Positions 26,547-27,664 of a stretch of DNA of 27,664 bases are shown in pieces. The position numbers and the translations under genes are program-made. The notes under the pieces were generated by a model that did no database searches, was not told the origin of the DNA, and was given only the letters and a program-made list of their open reading frames with translations. Positions within the stretch are counted from its first letter, which is position 1, and each line of letters begins with the position of its first letter. This DNA comes from Thermoplasmata archaeon (GTDB lineage: Archaea; Thermoplasmatota; Thermoplasmata; Lutacidiplasmatales; UBA184): the NCBI GenBank assembly GCA_028864975.1, contig JAGWLG010000041.1, positions 1-27,664 of the forward strand, in the 5' to 3' direction.

Positions 26547-27664
26547 ATGGGAAGTCGAGGGTCGCACCCCATCGCCCGGATGGTCCTCCTCACCTCGCTG
26601 GTGGTGGCCCTGAGTGCTGGCGGGAGTTGGGTCCATCCGACTGGACAGGTCGTCCCCTCTGGTCCCTCAGTCTCCCTGTCCTCGCTCCCGGCAGCACCGA
26701 CTTTGAGGGGCCCGGGCGGACCCGCCTCACCCGGGGAGGCGGTCGGACCGCGTGTCGCGCCGAGCGACAGCTTCGGTCGCCTTTCCCTGGGCTGCACTTC
26801 GGGACTGAACGGGAGCTGTCCCCATCTGAGCCCCGCCATCTCATCGAGCTCGCCGGTCATTTGCCGTTCTGGGGAGACCAGCTGCGGCGGCGCGCCCTAC
26901 AACACCAAGGTCACCCTGACCGTCAACGCCACCGGCACGACCCTCACCAGCCCTCCCAACGTCCAGGTCGTCTTCGTCGTCGAGACCACCCTCTTCGACG
27001 GGGTCTATGACAACCTCGCCGGCGAACCCGGTCGCTCCTCCTGCGGCGGGCCCTGCGCCGAGTCCAACGGCGTCCCCTTCTTCACGGCCAACGCCGGAGA
27101 GATCGCGACCAAGATCGCCGACAAGTTCGGGGGGAACCTCTCATCTTGCAACCCCGCCGGGCAGAACTCCGTCTGCTTCGCCCTCGTCGACTACTTCTCC
27201 ACCCAGGGCGCGGACCATGACGACGGGGATGGGAGCGAGTACAACCCCGACGTTGCCACGTTCGTTCCCGCGGACCAGTTCGGAAGCGCGGTGCAGGACT
27301 CCTTCCAGAAGTACGTGCTGGGAGGGGGCTGGGTCTACGGCGACTCCGACTTCTCCGACAACACCCTCTCCTCCTCCGCCATCACCGGGGTCTACGGCGC
27401 CGAGCGTGGCGGCGGTCTTGCCTGGGACCCCAACGCCGACCACGTCATCGTCTGGATGGGCTCCTCCGTCCCCCGCGACCCCAACTATGTCGTGAATTAC
27501 TCTGTCGGCGCCTCCAACCAGAACTCGGGGAACTCTAGCAATTGCGAGCCCGCATACTTCTCTGGTCAGCCCAACTGCTACGGCTGGGCCGAGCCCTCCA
27601 ACTCCATCGGCGCCTACGCCAAGGCCAACAACATCGTCATCGACACCGTCGACCTGGCGAACGG
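26547..27664 (+). CDS. Secreted protein with a divergent von Willebrand factor A-like domain; runs off the right edge
   Basis: Absent from the ORF track because it has no stop in the window. Hand-translated open frame from ATG 26547 (TGA at 26541 upstream): signal peptide MGSRGSHPIARMVLLTSLVVALSAGG, a low-complexity Cys-containing linker, then VTLTVNATG..PPNVQVVFVVETT..FALVDY..HVIVWMGSSVP..AYAKANNIVIDTV, which follows the vWA beta/alpha order. The vWA call is about 0.6. Confidence 0.82.
   Translation, partial: MGSRGSHPIARMVLLTSLVVALSAGGSWVHPTGQVVPSGPSVSLSSLPAAPTLRGPGGPASPGEAVGPRVAPSDSFGRLSLGCTSGLNGSCPHLSPAISSSSPVICRSGETSCGGAPYNTKVTLTVNATGTTLTSPPNVQVVFVVETTLFDGVYDNLAGEPGRSSCGGPCAESNGVPFFTANAGEIATKIADKFGGNLSSCNPAGQNSVCFALVDYFSTQGADHDDGDGSEYNPDVATFVPADQFGSAVQDSFQKYVLGGGWVYGDSDFSDNTLSSSAITGVYGAERGGGLAWDPNADHVIVWMGSSVPRDPNYVVNYSVGASNQNSGNSSNCEPAYFSGQPNCYGWAEPSNSIGAYAKANNIVIDTVDLAN

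Noticed and set aside
26321-27495. ORFs 26321-27010(+), 26453-26860(-), 27007-27495(+)
   Set aside because: They are out-of-frame or antisense to the continuous signal-peptide/vWA-like frame starting at 26547, which has far better codon and composition pattern.

Overview
This is a very GC-rich archaeal window, most consistent with an uncultured Thermoplasmata-like lineage (inferred from a single fused rpoB with a Cys4 insertion, the rpoH-B-A'-A''-rpl30e-nusA order, and archaeal PurL/Dph6/NusA). Left to right: a partial secreted S53 (sedolisin) protease with a PKD domain; a B12-dependent acyl-CoA mutase large subunit; an isochorismatase-family hydrolase; a purS-purL-dph6 operon; a small ORF / stand-alone Lrp RAM domain / UPF0147 cluster; a tRNA-Lys(UUU); the RNA polymerase operon, with an AbrB-VapC toxin-antitoxin pair inserted between rpl30e and nusA; and a cluster of large surface-protein genes (7xPKD, 14-blade YVTN+PKD, partial divergent vWA) around an internally duplicated Lrp-like protein. 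The strongest signal is the tRNA-Lys, which is split by two introns at non-canonical positions (D-loop 20/21 and T-loop 59/60), each with a readable bulge-helix-bulge-type splice motif and none at canonical 37/38. Next are the isobutyryl-CoA-mutase-type specificity residues in the 'methylmalonyl-CoA mutase', the TA module inside the RNAP operon, a hairpin deletion beside the catalytic Ser of the protease, and a possible ACG start for purS. No database searches were run. Family assignments rest on motifs recognised by eye, and several start codons were re-assigned from the ORF track.
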